Below, one piece after another: positions 50,939 through 63,459 of a DNA stretch of 64,000 nucleotides. A program made the translations under genes and the position numbers. Source of the stretch: Mobula hypostoma. Taxonomy: Eukaryota. The stretch covers positions 112,966,001 to 113,030,000 of the forward strand of contig NC_086108.1 of NCBI RefSeq assembly GCF_963921235.1, given 5' to 3'. The notes under the pieces were generated by a model, which saw nothing but the letters and a program-made list of their open reading frames with translations, was not told the DNA's origin and ran no database searches. How positions within the stretch are numbered: the stretch's first letter is position 1; each line of letters begins with the position of its first letter.

Positions 50939-52150
50939 CAGGGGTCCCCAACCCTTTTTGCACTGCGGACCGGTTTCATATTGACAATATTCTTGCGGAC
51001 TGGCCGACCCGGATGGGAGGGGGGGTAGGGTTGCCAATGAACAAGAGTAGCAGTCAAGTACGTTGTGTTTACCCCGAGAAAGACTACCATGACCATGAAG
51101 CCTTATGCGGGCACCTGTGTGCACATGTGTGTACGTACCGATTTTTTTTCTGCAAATCGTTTTTGGTGATTCTGTTTGGGGGTCGGGTGTTAATCATGAC
51201 CGGAATATAGGTGATAAGTGGCTAATACACTAAATTTCTTTTCTAAAAGGGTTTATCTAACGAATTTAATATTAAACACACAGCGCATATTTTCCTCGCA
51301 TGAATATAGTGATGTCAATTATCAGGGGAGGACGGGGGAGCTTGAAGTAAGTGTTGAACGAACTTCCAGTAGAAGTGGTAGAGGCAGGTTCGATATTATC
51401 ATCTAAAGAAAAGCTGGATAGGTATATGGACAGGAAAGGAATGGAGGGGTATGGGCTGAGTGCAGGTCGGTAGGACTAGGTGAGAGTAGCGTTCGAAATG
51501 GACTAGAAGGGCCGAGATGGCCTGTTTCCCTGCTGTAATTGTTATATGGTTACATAGGTCACTTATAAGTCAATAGCATCATAACATTTTAAGTAACGTT
51601 TGGATATTAAACACACAACACATATTTTCCTCATATGAACATATAAAATCATTGCAACACACCAATATCGCTGAATCAGTGGGAGCCCTGGGCTTGTTTC
51701 CTTGCAATAAGACGGTCCTATTGAGGGGTGATGGGAGACAGCGATACTCGAAGGGGGTTCCTTATGTCCAGTCTATTCCGCAATTTAGTTTTCGTTGCAT
51801 TCATTGCAGAGATATGTTGGAAATGGAAGCAACATTTTCAGTGCTTTTGTGGCTATCTCAGGATATTTAGCCTTGACTTTGATCCAGAATGCCGGCAGAG
51901 ATGTTATGTCAAACATACTTTTCAGCCCATCATCATTTGCAAGCTCGAGGAGTTGATCTCCTTCCCGTGCTGACATGGATGGCGCGTGCGTAATGACCTT
52001 GTGTGCGTTCAAGCTCAACAGTGGGCGTGATAGGGAATGAGGAAAGGTGCAGCTGACTCCTATCGCCAAATCATATCGTTTCCTCGCGGCCCGGTAGCAC
52101 ATGCTTTGCAGCCAGGTACCTGTCCACGGCCCAGTGGTTGGGGACTGCTG
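50939..52150 (-). mobile_element. hAT (Charlie/Buster-like) non-autonomous DNA transposon
   Basis: TIRs CAGGGGTCCCCAACC / GGTTGGGGACTGCTG; 8-bp TSD CTGTACAG / CTGTATAG; dimerisation-domain remnant FWIKVKAKYPEIATKALKMLLPFPTYLC. Confidence 0.9.
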
Positions 52151-52956
52151 CTGTATAGTACCTTGTTACAAGTGACAACAGTACACTAATAATATTAATA
52201 ATGGTGACAATCTCCCTCTTCGTGCTTTCTTGCTAACCTGCTTCTCCCTAGGACAGTGACTGGGGGCCAGTCAGAGAGAGTTGATAGGAGGCATAGATCG
52301 AGGGGCGGGCTAGAACCTTTTTCCCGAGGCATAAATGGCTAATACAGGGGGCATAATTTCAAGGTGATTGGAGGAAAGTACGGGGGCAGAGTGTCGAGGG
52401 ATGATTATTTTTAAACACAGAGACTGGGGGAGTGTGTGGAATACCCTACTAGGGGTGGTAGAGGCAGATACATTAGGGACATTTAAGAAACTCTTTAAAG
52501 AGGCACATGGATGATAAAAAATGGAGGGTTATGTGGGAAGGAAGAGTTAGATTGATTTTAGAGTCAGCTAATAGGTCAGCACATCCTTGTGGGCTGAAGG
52601 CCTATACTGTGCTGTAATGTTCTATGTTTAATGTAACACAGTGAAATGTGTCACTCGTGCCAACAACACACTGAGGATATGCTGGGGGCATCGTATCAGT
52701 GTCGCTACTCTTCCAACGCCAGTGCAGCATGCCCACAACTTACCAACCCTAACCTGTACATCGTTGAGATGTGGAATGAAACCAAAGCACCCAGAGAAAA
52801 CCCACACGGTCACGGGAAGAACGCACTAACCTCTTCCAAACAGCGGCAGAATTGAACCCAGGTCAGAGGTGCTATAAAGCGTTGTGCTAACCGTTACACT
52901 ACCGGGCTGTCCTCAGATGCTCTCAAGTACACACAGATGAAGTGAGGGTTACTCAC

Positions 52957-53010
52957 CGGTAAACCTGGTGATCCCGTCTCGCCATGATTGCCTTTTGCTC
53001 CTTTTAATCC
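52957..53010 (-). CDS. Collagen exon, 54 nt: GLKGAKGNHGETGSPGLP
   Basis: Gly-X-Y x6; acceptor ...gttgacag, donor gtgagt. Confidence 0.93.
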
Positions 53011-54269
53011 CTGTCAACATGAAAGTTCTGAACTCAGATTTACTGACATGTAGGGCACCGTGCTCAATCCAGTGCTCTGTAATTGGACAGAGTCCATCAC
53101 AACATGACGTGTTCTGCCATTAATCCTGTACCCTGCCTTCAGATGTGATCTTCCAGAGTGAATCACCTCACACTTCTCCAGAGTGAACTCTATCTTGCAA
53201 GTGTTGATTGGGAAGAGTTCCAGGGTTTAGATCTTAAGACATAGGAGCAGAATTAGGCTATTTAGGTCTTTGCCATTTCATCATAGCTGATCCATTTTCC
53301 TCCCAACCCCATTCTCCTACCTTTTCCCTGTAACTGTTTACTAATCAGCTGACCAACCCTAACCGTCCCATGGTCTATCAGCTCTGCTTGAAGTACACCC
53401 AGAGACCTGGCCTCCACAGCTGTCTAGAGCGACAAATTCTGCAGATTCACCACCCTCTGGCTAAAGAAATTGCTCTTGCACTCTGTTCTAAATGGACATC
53501 CCTTTATCCTGAGGCTGTGCCCACTGATCCAGACTCCCCCACCATAGGAAACATCCTCTCCATGTCCACTCCATCTCAGCCTTGCAATATTCGATAGGTT
53601 TCAATGAGATACTCCCTCATTCTTCTAAATTCCAGTCAGTACAGGTCCAGAGGCACCAATCACTCTTCATATGATAACCACTTCATTCCGAGAATAATTT
53701 TTGTGAACATCCTCTGAACCCTTTCCAATGTTTGCCAGATTCCTCAACATCCTTGTTTTTATATTCTAATCCTTTCAAAAATGAATGCTCACATTTCATT
53801 TGCCTTTCTCACCAATGACCCAACCTGCAAATTATCCATTAGGGAATGATACACAAGGACTCCCAAGTCCCTTTGTGCATCAGATTTCTAAACTTGCTCC
53901 CCATTTATAAACTAATCTACCCTCTTATTCCAATCAAAGTGCATGGCCATATACACCCCAACATTATATTCCATCTGCCACTTCTTTGCCCATTCTCCTA
54001 ATCTGTCACAGTCCTTCTGCAGTCTCCCTGTTTCCTCAACACTACCTGCCCCATCAATTCCATCATCCAAATCATTGACATACAATCTAAAAAGGATCGG
54101 TCCCAACACAGACCCCTGTGGAACACCACTAGTCACCGGCAGACAGCCAGAAGAGGCTTCCTTAATTCCCACTCTTTGCCTCCTCTCAGTCAGTTAATGC
54201 TCTTTCCATGCTAGTATCTTTCCTATAATACCACGGGTCTTATCTTGTTAAGCAGCCTCATGTGTGGCA

Positions 54270-54668
54270 ACACACACAAAATGCTGGTGGAATGTAGCAG
54301 GCCGGACAGCATCTATAGGAACAAGTACAGTCGACATTTTGGGCCGAGACCCTCCGTCAGGAACTGAAAGAAGAGATAGTAAGAGATTTGAAAGTGGGAG
54401 GGGGAGGGGGAGATCCAAAATGAAAGGAGAAGACAGGAGGGGGAGGGATAGAGCTAAGAGCTGGAAAATTGATTGGCAAAAGGGATACAAGACTGGAGAA
54501 GGGAGAGGATCATGGGAGGGGAGGCCTCGGGAGCAAGAAAGAAAGGGTCTCAGCCCGAAACGTCGACTGTACTTCTTCCTGTAGATGCTGCCTGGCCTGC
54601 TGCGTTCCACCAGCATTTTGTGTGTGTTGCTTGAATTTCCAGCATCTGCAGACTTCCTCGTGTTTGTG
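54270..54668. mobile_element. Short insertion made of two inverted PLE ends
   Basis: 12-bp TSD TCATGTGTGGCA (54258-54269, 54669-54680); left arm minus-oriented, right arm plus-oriented. Confidence 0.85.
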
Positions 54669-55347
54669 TCATGTGTGGCACATTGTCAAAGACGTTCTGA
54701 AAATCCAAGTACACACCATCCACTGATTGTCCTTTGTCTATCCTCAAAGAATTCCAACAAATTGGTCAGAAAGGAAACCATGCTGACTATGGCCTAGTTC
54801 ATCATATACTTCCAAGTACCTCCAAACCTCATCTTTAAAAATTGACTCCAACATCTTTGCAACCACTGGGGTCAGGCTAACTGGCCAATAATTTATCTTC
54901 TTTTGCTTCCCTCCTCTTGAAGAGTATTGTGACATATGCAATTTTCCAGTCCCCTAGCACCATGCCAGAATCCAATGAAAGATCATTACTAATGCTTCCA
55001 AAGTCTCTTCAACTACCTCTTTTAGAACACAGGTGTAGTCCATCTGCTCCAGCTGGGTTATCTACCTTCAGAACTTCCAATTTCCCAAGTATCTTCTCCT
55101 TAGTAATAGCAACAGCACTCACATCTGCCCCCCGACACTCTCACATTTCTGGCATTACGTTCGTGTCTTCCACAGTGAAGACTGATGCAAAATACTTACT
55201 GAGTTCATCTGTCATTTCCTTGTCTCCCATTACTACCGCTTCAGTGTCCAATATCTACTCTTGCCTCTCTTTTACTCTATATATCTGAAATTTTTTTTGA
55301 CATTATCAGCTTCATATTTCATCTTTTCCCTCCCTATGGATTATTTA

Positions 55348-58120
55348 GACCATAACACCAGAAGACATAGGAACAGAATTAGGCCATTCGGCCCATTGAG
55401 TCTGCTCTGCCATTCCATCATGGCTGATCCTGGATCCCACTTAACTCCATACACCTGCCTTCTCGCCATATCCTTTGATGCCCTGACCAATCAGAAAACT
55501 ATCAACTTCTGCTTCAAATATACGCAAGGACTTAGCCTCCTCCGCAGTCTGTGGCAGAGCATTCCACAGATTCACTACTCTCTGGCTAAAAAAAAGTTCT
55601 CCTGTTCTAAAAGGTTATCCCTCAATTTTGAGGCTTTGCCCTCTAGTTCCGCATACCCCCACCAAAGGAAACATCCTCTCCACATCCATCCTATTGAGTC
55701 CTTTCAACATCGAATTTGCCTCCTTTACCACAGACTCAACCTGTAAATTAACCTACTGAGAGTCTTGCACAAGGACTCCTGATTTACTCTGACCTCTGAT
55801 GTTTGAAATTTCTCCCTATTTAGATAATAGTCTGCACTATTGTACCTTTTACCAAAATGCATTATAGTACAAACGTTGTACATTTCTCAACCATGTATTC
55901 CATCTTCCACTTTTTTGCCCATTGTTCCAATTCGTCTAAGTCCTGCTGCAATCGCTTGCTTCCTCAGCACTACCTACCCCTCCACTATCTTTGTATCATC
56001 CACAAATTCTGTCACACAGCCATCAATTCCATTATCCAAACCATTGACAAATAATGTGAAAAGTAGCAGTCCTAATACTGACCCTGAGGAACACCACTAG
56101 TCACCGGCAACCAACCAGAAAAGGCCCCTTTCGTTCCCACTCACTGCCTCCTGCCTGTCAGCCATTCTACTATCCCTGCCAGTACCTTTCAGTTAACACC
56201 ACAGGATTTTATCTTGTTAAGCACCCTCATGTGTGGCATCTTATCAGATGTCTTCTGAAAATCCAATTAGCTCTCATCCACCGCCTCTTCTTTGTCCACC
56301 CTGCTTGTTATTTCCTTGAAGAACTCTAACAAATTTGTCAGGCAAGATTTCCCTTTACAGAAACCATGCTGACTTTGACTTTTTCTATCATTAGTCTGCA
56401 GGTACCCTGAAACCTTGTCTTTAATAATAGACTCCAACACTTTCCCAACCACTGAGGTTAGTCTGACTGGCCTATAATTTCCTTTTGCCTTCCTCCCTTC
56501 TTAACGAGTGGAGTGACACTTGCAATCTTCCAGTCCTTTGGGATCATGACAGAATCCAGTGATTCTTGAAAGATTATGATCAATGCATCCGTTATCTCTT
56601 CAGCAACCTCTCTCAGGACTGTGGGATGTAGTCCTTCTGGTCCAGGTGACTTATCCACATTAAGACTTTTGAGTTTACCTTGCACTTGTTCCATTGTAAT
56701 AGCGATGGCACTTTCTCCTGCTCCCTGACACTCATGGACCTCTGGCACACTGCTAGTGTCTTCCACAGTGAAGACAGATGCAAAGTACCCATTAAGTACA
56801 TCTGCCATTTCTTTGTCCCCCATTACTACCTCACCAGCATTATATTCCAGTGGTCCATTATCCACTCTTACCTCCCTTTTTATTTTTTTATAATTGACAA
56901 AAAGTTTTGGTATCCTGCTTTATATTATTGGCTAATTTGCCTACATATTTAATCTTTTCCCTTCTTATAGCTTTTTTAGTTGCATTTTTTTGGATTTTAA
57001 ATGCTTCCTAATCATCCAGCCTCCCACTTACTTTTGCTACCTTATATGTCCTTTCCTTGGCTCTTAAGCAGTCCTTAACTTCCCTTGTCAGCCACAACTG
57101 CCTACCCCTGCCATTTGAGAGCTTCTTCCTCTGTGGGACATATCTATCCTGCGCCTTGTAAACTATTCCCAGAAACTTCAGCCATCTCTGCTCTGCCATC
57201 ATCGCCGCCAGTATCCTCCTCCAATCCACCTGGCTAAGCTCCTCTCTCATGCCTCTGTAATTCCCATTATTCCCTCATGATATTGATACATGTGAGTTAT
57301 GCTTCTCCCTCTCAAATTGCAGTATGAATTCAATCATATTATGATGACTGCTTCCTAAGGGTTCCTTTACATTAAGCTCTCTAATAAGATCTGGGTTATT
57401 ACACAACACCCAATCTAAGATAGCCTTTCCTCGATTAGGCTCAAGCACAAGCTGTTCTAAAAAGCCATCTTGTAGGCATTCAACAAATTCCCTCTCTTGC
57501 AGTCTGACACCAACCTGATTTTCCCAATCCTCTTGCATATTGACATTCCCCATCACACTTGTGTCATTACCCTTATTACAAGCCTTTTCCAGCTCCCTTT
57601 GCAATCTCAACCCCACATCTTGGCTACTATTTGGAGGCCTATTTATGATTCCTATGGTGGTTTTTTAACCTTGCAGTTTCTTAACTCCACTCACAAAGAT
57701 TCAACATTCTCTGACCCCATGGCAACTCTTTCCAAAGACGTAATTCCATCTCTTACCAAAAGAGTCACACCACCACCTTCCTGCTTGTCCTTTTGATACA
57801 TAGGATATCCTTTCATGTTAAGCTCCCAACTCTGGCCTTCTTTCAGCCATGACTCAGTGATGCCCACAACATCATACTGACCAATCTCTCATTGTGCCAC
57901 GAGTTAGTCCACCATATTCCGAATGCTATGTGCATATGAATACAGCACCTTCAGTCCTGCATTCTTCGCCATTTTGAATTTTGCCTCTGTGGTACAATTT
58001 AACTCTTTGCTCTGTCTGCATTTGTACCTAATCATTGGCTTGTCCTTCCTTACATTCATGTTACACTCATCATCTACTTGTAAACCTGCTGGCTCATCCT
58101 CAGCTCTATTATACTGATTT
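55348..58120 (-). mobile_element. CR1 LINE (endonuclease-RT, internally deleted)
   Basis: ORFs 56267..56452, 56458..56865, 57275..57616; own 3' tail at 55348-55420. Confidence 0.8.
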
Positions 58121-58779
58121 CCAGTATGATTTAATTGCCTTCTATTCATTTTTAAAAGCTTCGCAATCTTCTAACTTCCCACTAATTTTTGCTTTATTAT
58201 CTGCCCTCTCTTTTGCTTTTATATTGGCTTTGACTTCACTTGTCAGCTATGGTTGCATCATCCTGCCTTCAGAATACTTCTTGATGTTTGGTATGTATCA
58301 ATCCAGTGCTCCCAGAAGCTCTAGCCATTGCTGCTCTGCCGTCACCCCTGCTTGTGCCCTCTTCCAATCAATCTTCTTATGCTCTTCTCTCATGCCTCTG
58401 TAATTTCCTTTCCTCTGTTGTAATACTGATATACCTGACTTTCGCTTCTCCCACTCAAATTGCAGGGTGAATTCTATCATATTATGATCACTGCCTCCTA
58501 AGAGTTCCTTTACCTTAAGCTCCTGATTTAGACCTGGTGACGGTGAATGAACAGGACATCAGTATAACACACTCAAAATTCTGGAGGAACTCAGCAGATC
58601 AGGCAGCATCTATGGAAAGGAATAAAGAGTCATTGTGTCAGGCCGAGACCCTTCACTGTCCTGATGAAATATCCGCTGTTTACTCATTTCTATAAATGCT
58701 GCCTGACTTGTTGAGTTCCTCCAGCATTTTATGTGTGGTTCTTCACACAAAATGGGGTTCATGTTTGGAATGAGCTGCC

Positions 58780-59715
58780 AGAAATAGTCATTGACCAATT
58801 GAATCTGCTCTGTCCTTCAATCTTGGCTGATTGATTATCCCGCTCTACCTCATTCTCCCTGTGACCTTTGACACCTGACTAATCATGAACCTATCAATGT
58901 TCACTTTAAATGTGTCCAATGACTTGGCCACCACGGCCGCAGGTTGCAATGAGTTTCCACAGATTCATCTTCCTCTGGCTAAAGAAATTCCTCCTTATCT
59001 CTGTTCTAAAGAAATGTCTTTGTGTCCTGTGCTCCCTGGTCCTGGACTCAGCCACCATTGGAAACATCCTCTCCATATCCACTCTATATAGGCCTTTCAA
59101 TTTTTGATTGCTTTAGAATTTTGATTCTTCGAAACTCCTGTGAGTAGTGGCCCAGAGCCAACAAACACTCCCCTTTCATTCCTGGGATCATTTTCAATGA
59201 CCTGCCCTGGACCCTCTCCAATGACAGCACATCTTTTCTTTGATAAGGGGCCCAATACTGCCCACAACATTCCAAGTGCGGTCTGCCCAATGCCATATAA
59301 AGCCTCAGTATTACATAATTGCTTTTATATTCTAATCCCCTCAAAATGAATGCTAACATTTCGACTCAACCTGCAAGATAACTCTTCAGGGAATCCTGCA
59401 CCAGGACTCCTAAGTCCCTTTGCACCTCTGGTTTCTAAATTTCCTTCCCATTTTGAAAATATTCAATACCTTTATTCCTTCTACCAAACTGCATGGCCAT
59501 ACATTTCTCTACACTCTATATCATCTGCCACTTCTTGGCCCAATGCAGCCTTCCTGCTTCCTCAAAATTACTTGCTCCTTCATTTACCTTTGTATTGTCC
59601 ACAAACTTGGCCACAAAGCCATCAGTTCTGTCATTCAAATCATTAACATGTAGCATAAAATGAAGTGGTCCCAACATGGACCCCCGTGGAACAGCACCAG
59701 TCACTGGCAGCCACC
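58780..59715 (-). mobile_element. Degenerate CR1 3' fragment
   Basis: ORFs 59084..59359 and 59516..59719 with RT/C-terminal motifs. Confidence 0.75.
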
Positions 59716-60218
59716 CCAAACACGCTGTTTCAAACCCCAGCTCATTTGCTAGAAAGGCTAATTTAACTATTTATTGTACAGGTGAGGGGTTGATTGACCA
59801 GATGGAGTTCATGCCATTTTCCCTTTGACCTTTCTAAACATTACTTAAAACATAGTCTGGGTGATGGAGACTGCAGCTCTCAATGGCTTGATGTTGATTG
59901 GGGAAATGGCTTTGATGAGGACATTCATCTGTCCATAAGACAGCAAGATTTCCCAGAGGCCAAACTTTTAATCCCACTCCCCATTCCCATATGTCAGCTT
60001 GTGGCTTCCATGATGAGGCCACCCTCAGGTTGGAGAGCAAGGTAACCTCCAATCTTAACTGGAACATCAATCTCTCCAAATTCTGGTAATTCCTTTCTCC
60101 TCCACACATCTCTCCTTTTCCTTTTCCCATTCTGATTCCCTTCTCTTCTCCTCACCTGGCCATTACATTTCTCTGGTTCCTCTCCTCCTTCCCTTTCTTC
60201 CAGGATCGCTCTCCTTTC

Positions 60219-61785
60219 ATAGAAACATAGAAAATAGGTGCAGGAGTAGGCCATTCGACCCTTCGAGCCTGCACCGCCATTTATTATGATCATGGCTGAT
60301 CATCCAACTCAGAACCCAGCCTTCCCTCCATACCCCCTGACCCCTGTAGCCACAAGGGCCATATCTAACTTCCTTTTAAACATAGCTAATGAACTGGCCT
60401 CAACAGTTTGCTGTGGCAGAGAATTCCACAGATTCACCACTCTCTGTGTGAAGAAGTTTTTCCTAACCTCGGTCCTAAAAGGCTTCCCCTCTATCCTCAA
60501 ACTGTGACCCCTCGTTCTAGACCTCCCCAACATCGGGAACAATCTTCCCGCATCTAGCCTGTCCAATCCCTTTAGGATCTTATACGTTTCAATCAGATCC
60601 CCCCTCAATCTTCTAAATTCCAACGAGTACAAGCCCAGTTCATCCAGTCTTTCTTCATATGAAAGACCTGCCATCCCAGGAATCAATCTGGTGAACCTTC
60701 TTTGTACTCCCTCTATGGCAAAGATGTCTTTCCTCAGATTAGGGGACCAAAACTGCACACAATACTCCAGGTGTGGTCTCACCAAGGCCTTGTACAACTG
60801 CAGTAGTACCTCCCTGCTCCTGTACTCGAATCCTCTCGCTATAAATGCCAGCATACCGTTCGCCTTTTTCACCGCCTGCTGTACCTGCATGCCCACTTTC
60901 AATGACTGGTGTATAATGACACCCAGGTCTCGTTGCACCTCCCCTTTTCCTAATCGGCCACCATTCAGATAATAATCTGTTTTCCTATTTTTGCCACCAA
61001 AGTGGATAACTTCACATTTATCCACATTAAATTGCATCTGCCATGAGTTTGCCCACTCACCCAACCTATCCAAGTCACCCTGCATCCTCTTAGCATCCTC
61101 CTCACTGCTAACACTGCCACCCAGCTTCGTGTCATCCGCAAACTTGGAGATGCTGCATTTAATTCCCTCATCCAAGTCATTAATATATATTGTAAACAAC
61201 TGGGGTCCCAGCACTGAGCCTTGCGGTACCCCACTAGTCACCGCCTGCCATTCTGAAAAGGTCCCATTTATTCCCACTCTTTGCTTCCTGTCTGCTAACC
61301 AATTCTCCACCCACACCAATACCTTACCCCCAATACCGTGTGCTTTAAGTTTGCACACTAATCTCCTGTGTGGGACCTTGTCAAAAGCCTTTTGAAAATC
61401 CAAATATACCACATCCACTGGTTCTCCCCTATCCACTCTACTAGTTACATCCTCAAAAAATTCTATGAGATTCGTCAGACATGATTTTCCTTTCACAAAT
61501 CCATGCTGACTTTGTCCGATCATTTCACCGCTTTCCAAATGTGCTGTTATCACATCCTTGATAACTGACTCCAGCAGTTTCCCCACCACTGACGTTAGGC
61601 TAACCGGCCTATAATTCCCCGGTTTCTCTCTCCCTCCTTTTTTAAAAAGTGGGGTTACATTAGCCACCCTCCAATCCTCAGGAACTAGTCCAGAATCTAA
61701 CGAGTTTTGAAAAATTATCACTAATGCATCCACTATTTCTTGGGCCACTTCCTTAAGCACTCTGGGATGCAGACCATCTGGCCCT
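60219..61785 (-). mobile_element. Very young CR1 LINE, 5'-truncated, uninterrupted 483-aa RT ORF
   Basis: ORF 60309..61760 open to its natural stop (NYRPVSLTS, QHGF, DFQKAFD, PQGSVLGP, FADD); CATAGAAA tail. Confidence 0.95.
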
Positions 61786-62000
61786 ATCAGATTCCTATTA
61801 GATTCCTCCTTCTTCAGCCCTTACCTTTTCGACCTATCACCTCCCTGTTTCTTACTTCATTCCTCTCCCCCCCGCCCCCCCCGGCCTCCCTCACGCCCAC
61901 CTTCCCCCTCACCTGGTCACACCTGTCACCTGCCAGCTTGTACGCCTTCTTCTCCCACCCTCCCCCACCTTCTTATTCTGGCTTCTGTCCCTTTCCTTTC

Positions 62001-62038
62001 CAGTCCTGATGAAGGGTCTTGGCCTGAAACATCGACTG
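62001..62038 (+). ncRNA. Minimal hammerhead ribozyme motif in PLE 3' end
   Basis: CAGTC-CTGATGA-AGGGTCTTGGCCT-GAAA-CA-TC-GACTG; 5-bp helix I. Confidence 0.65.
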
Positions 62039-62145
62039 TTGATTCCCCTCCATAGATGCTCCCTGACTTGCTGGGTTCCTCTGGAATTTTGTGTGTGTTG
62101 CTCTCAATGGCTCGCACCATTTTTATGGAGAAGTGGTGCACGTAC

Positions 62146-62199
62146 CTTCAGACCCTTTTCCCCTTTCGGCCCCGGCATGCCTGGTTTTCCTGGATCTCC
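62146..62199 (-). CDS. Collagen exon, 54 nt: GDPGKPGMPGPKGEKGLK
   Basis: Gly-X-Y x6; acceptor ...tgcattgcag, donor gtacgt. Confidence 0.93.
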
Positions 62200-62321
62200 C
62201 TGCAATGCAGCAAAAACAGACCGGACGTCCAAGGCTGATCAGTCGTATAAACTTCAGGAACTTTCTCATGTTACCTCTCTCAAACTTACTGACAACAGAC
62301 AACTGCTGTAAAATGAGGACT

Positions 62322-62322
<1 letters not shown>

Positions 62323-62362
<40 letters not shown>

Positions 62363-62628
62363 AGAGAGGGAGAGAGAGGGAGGGAGGGAGAGAGGTGGAG
62401 AGAGAGGGAGGGAGGGAGAGGGGGGAGAGAGAAGGAGAGAGGGGGAGAGAGGGGGAGAGGGAGAGAGGGAGAGAGGGAGAGAGAGGGGTAGGGAGAGAGA
62501 GGGGGGAGGGAGACGGGGAGAGAGAGGGGGGAGGGAGACGGGGAGAGAGAGGGGAGAGGGAGAGGGGAAGGGAGAGGGGAAGGGAGAGGGGAAGGGAGAG
62601 GGAGAGAGGGGGAGAGGGGGAGAGGGAG
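62323..62628. repeat. (TG)n microsatellite followed by a GA-rich tract
   Basis: Direct reading. Confidence 0.95.
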
Positions 62629-62767
62629 ATATATATATCCATCCCATGGACACCAACATGATAATTACAAAGGTGCGTCACCAAGAGGCATTTAGTAAAG
62701 TATTTGCCTTAGCCTTCCAGTGACCAAGGTTCGATCCTGACCTTCAACAAGGCTCCCCCCACTCTTC

Positions 62768-62912
62768 CCACAGTGTGACCCTCCCTCAGTACCACCCCCT
62801 CCCAAAGTGACCCTCCCTCAGTACCACCCCTCCCACAGTGTGACCCTCCCTCAGTACCACCCTCCCACAGTGTGACCCTCCCTCAGTACCACCCCTCCAT
62901 AGTGTGACCCTA
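62768..62912. repeat. Tandem repeat, unit about 32 bp, 4-5 copies
   Basis: CCCACAGTGTGACCCTCCCTCAGTACCACCCCT units. Confidence 0.9.
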
Positions 62913-63083
62913 TCTCAGGCCTGCCCCTCCCACACAGCAGCATTCCCTGTTTAGTGCCATGGGAATCTGCTTCAGTCACCAGTATAGATTTTGAATCTTG
63001 TTCCTGGTAAGTCAGGCGAGATTTTTGAAGATTAATGGTCACCATTTGACTATTCATTCAAATTTTTTGTCAAGATGTCCTAC

Positions 63084-63137
63084 CGGTCTTCCTTGCTGTC
63101 CCACGTTTCCTCTTGGTCCAGGAACACCCGGGTAACC
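63084..63137 (-). CDS. Clade-C fibrillar collagen (COL24A1/COL27A1-like), triple-helix exon, 54 nt: GYPGVPGPRGNVGQQGRP
   Basis: Six perfect Gly-X-Y triplets flanked by cag| and |gtagg on the minus strand; 54 nt, phase 0. Confidence 0.9.
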
Positions 63138-63459
63138 CTGCCGGTTTTGGTTACAAAGGGAGACCAGTTAATTGTGCAGCCAATTCTTGAGAAGTTAATC
63201 GACACTACAACATTACTCAAGGATAGATTGAGCAAGCATCTCTAGAACTCTCAAAGTTGCCGTAGAAGTTGATAGGTTGCTGAGAAGGTTTGGTTTTTAG
63301 GAGGGTGCATAGGCGATTTACCAGGATGCTACTCTCCTGAGAGATGTCCTCCAGTGTTTGGCGTTTCCACCCTATGCTCTGACTGTCTACCCTATTTATA
63401 CCTCTTGTAATTTTATAAACTTCTACCAGGTCGGCACTTTGCCTCCGATGCTGCACAGT

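Larger units (their letters stand above)
53230..58525 (-). mobile_element. Old CR1 LINE (53230-55347 and about 58125-58525) split by a second CR1
   Basis: RT remnants on minus; sequence broken at 55347 resumes near 58125. Confidence 0.75.
59925..62100 (+). mobile_element. PLE 3' end (59925-60218 and 61785-62100) split by a CR1
   Basis: HDEATLRLE remnant, pyrimidine-rich 3' region and terminal motif collinear with the 3891-4450 element. Confidence 0.75.

Noticed and set aside
62091..62723. ORFs of 112-210 aa on both strands
   Set aside because: Arise from (TG)n and GA-rich repeats; only the 54-nt exon at 62146-62199 is supported.
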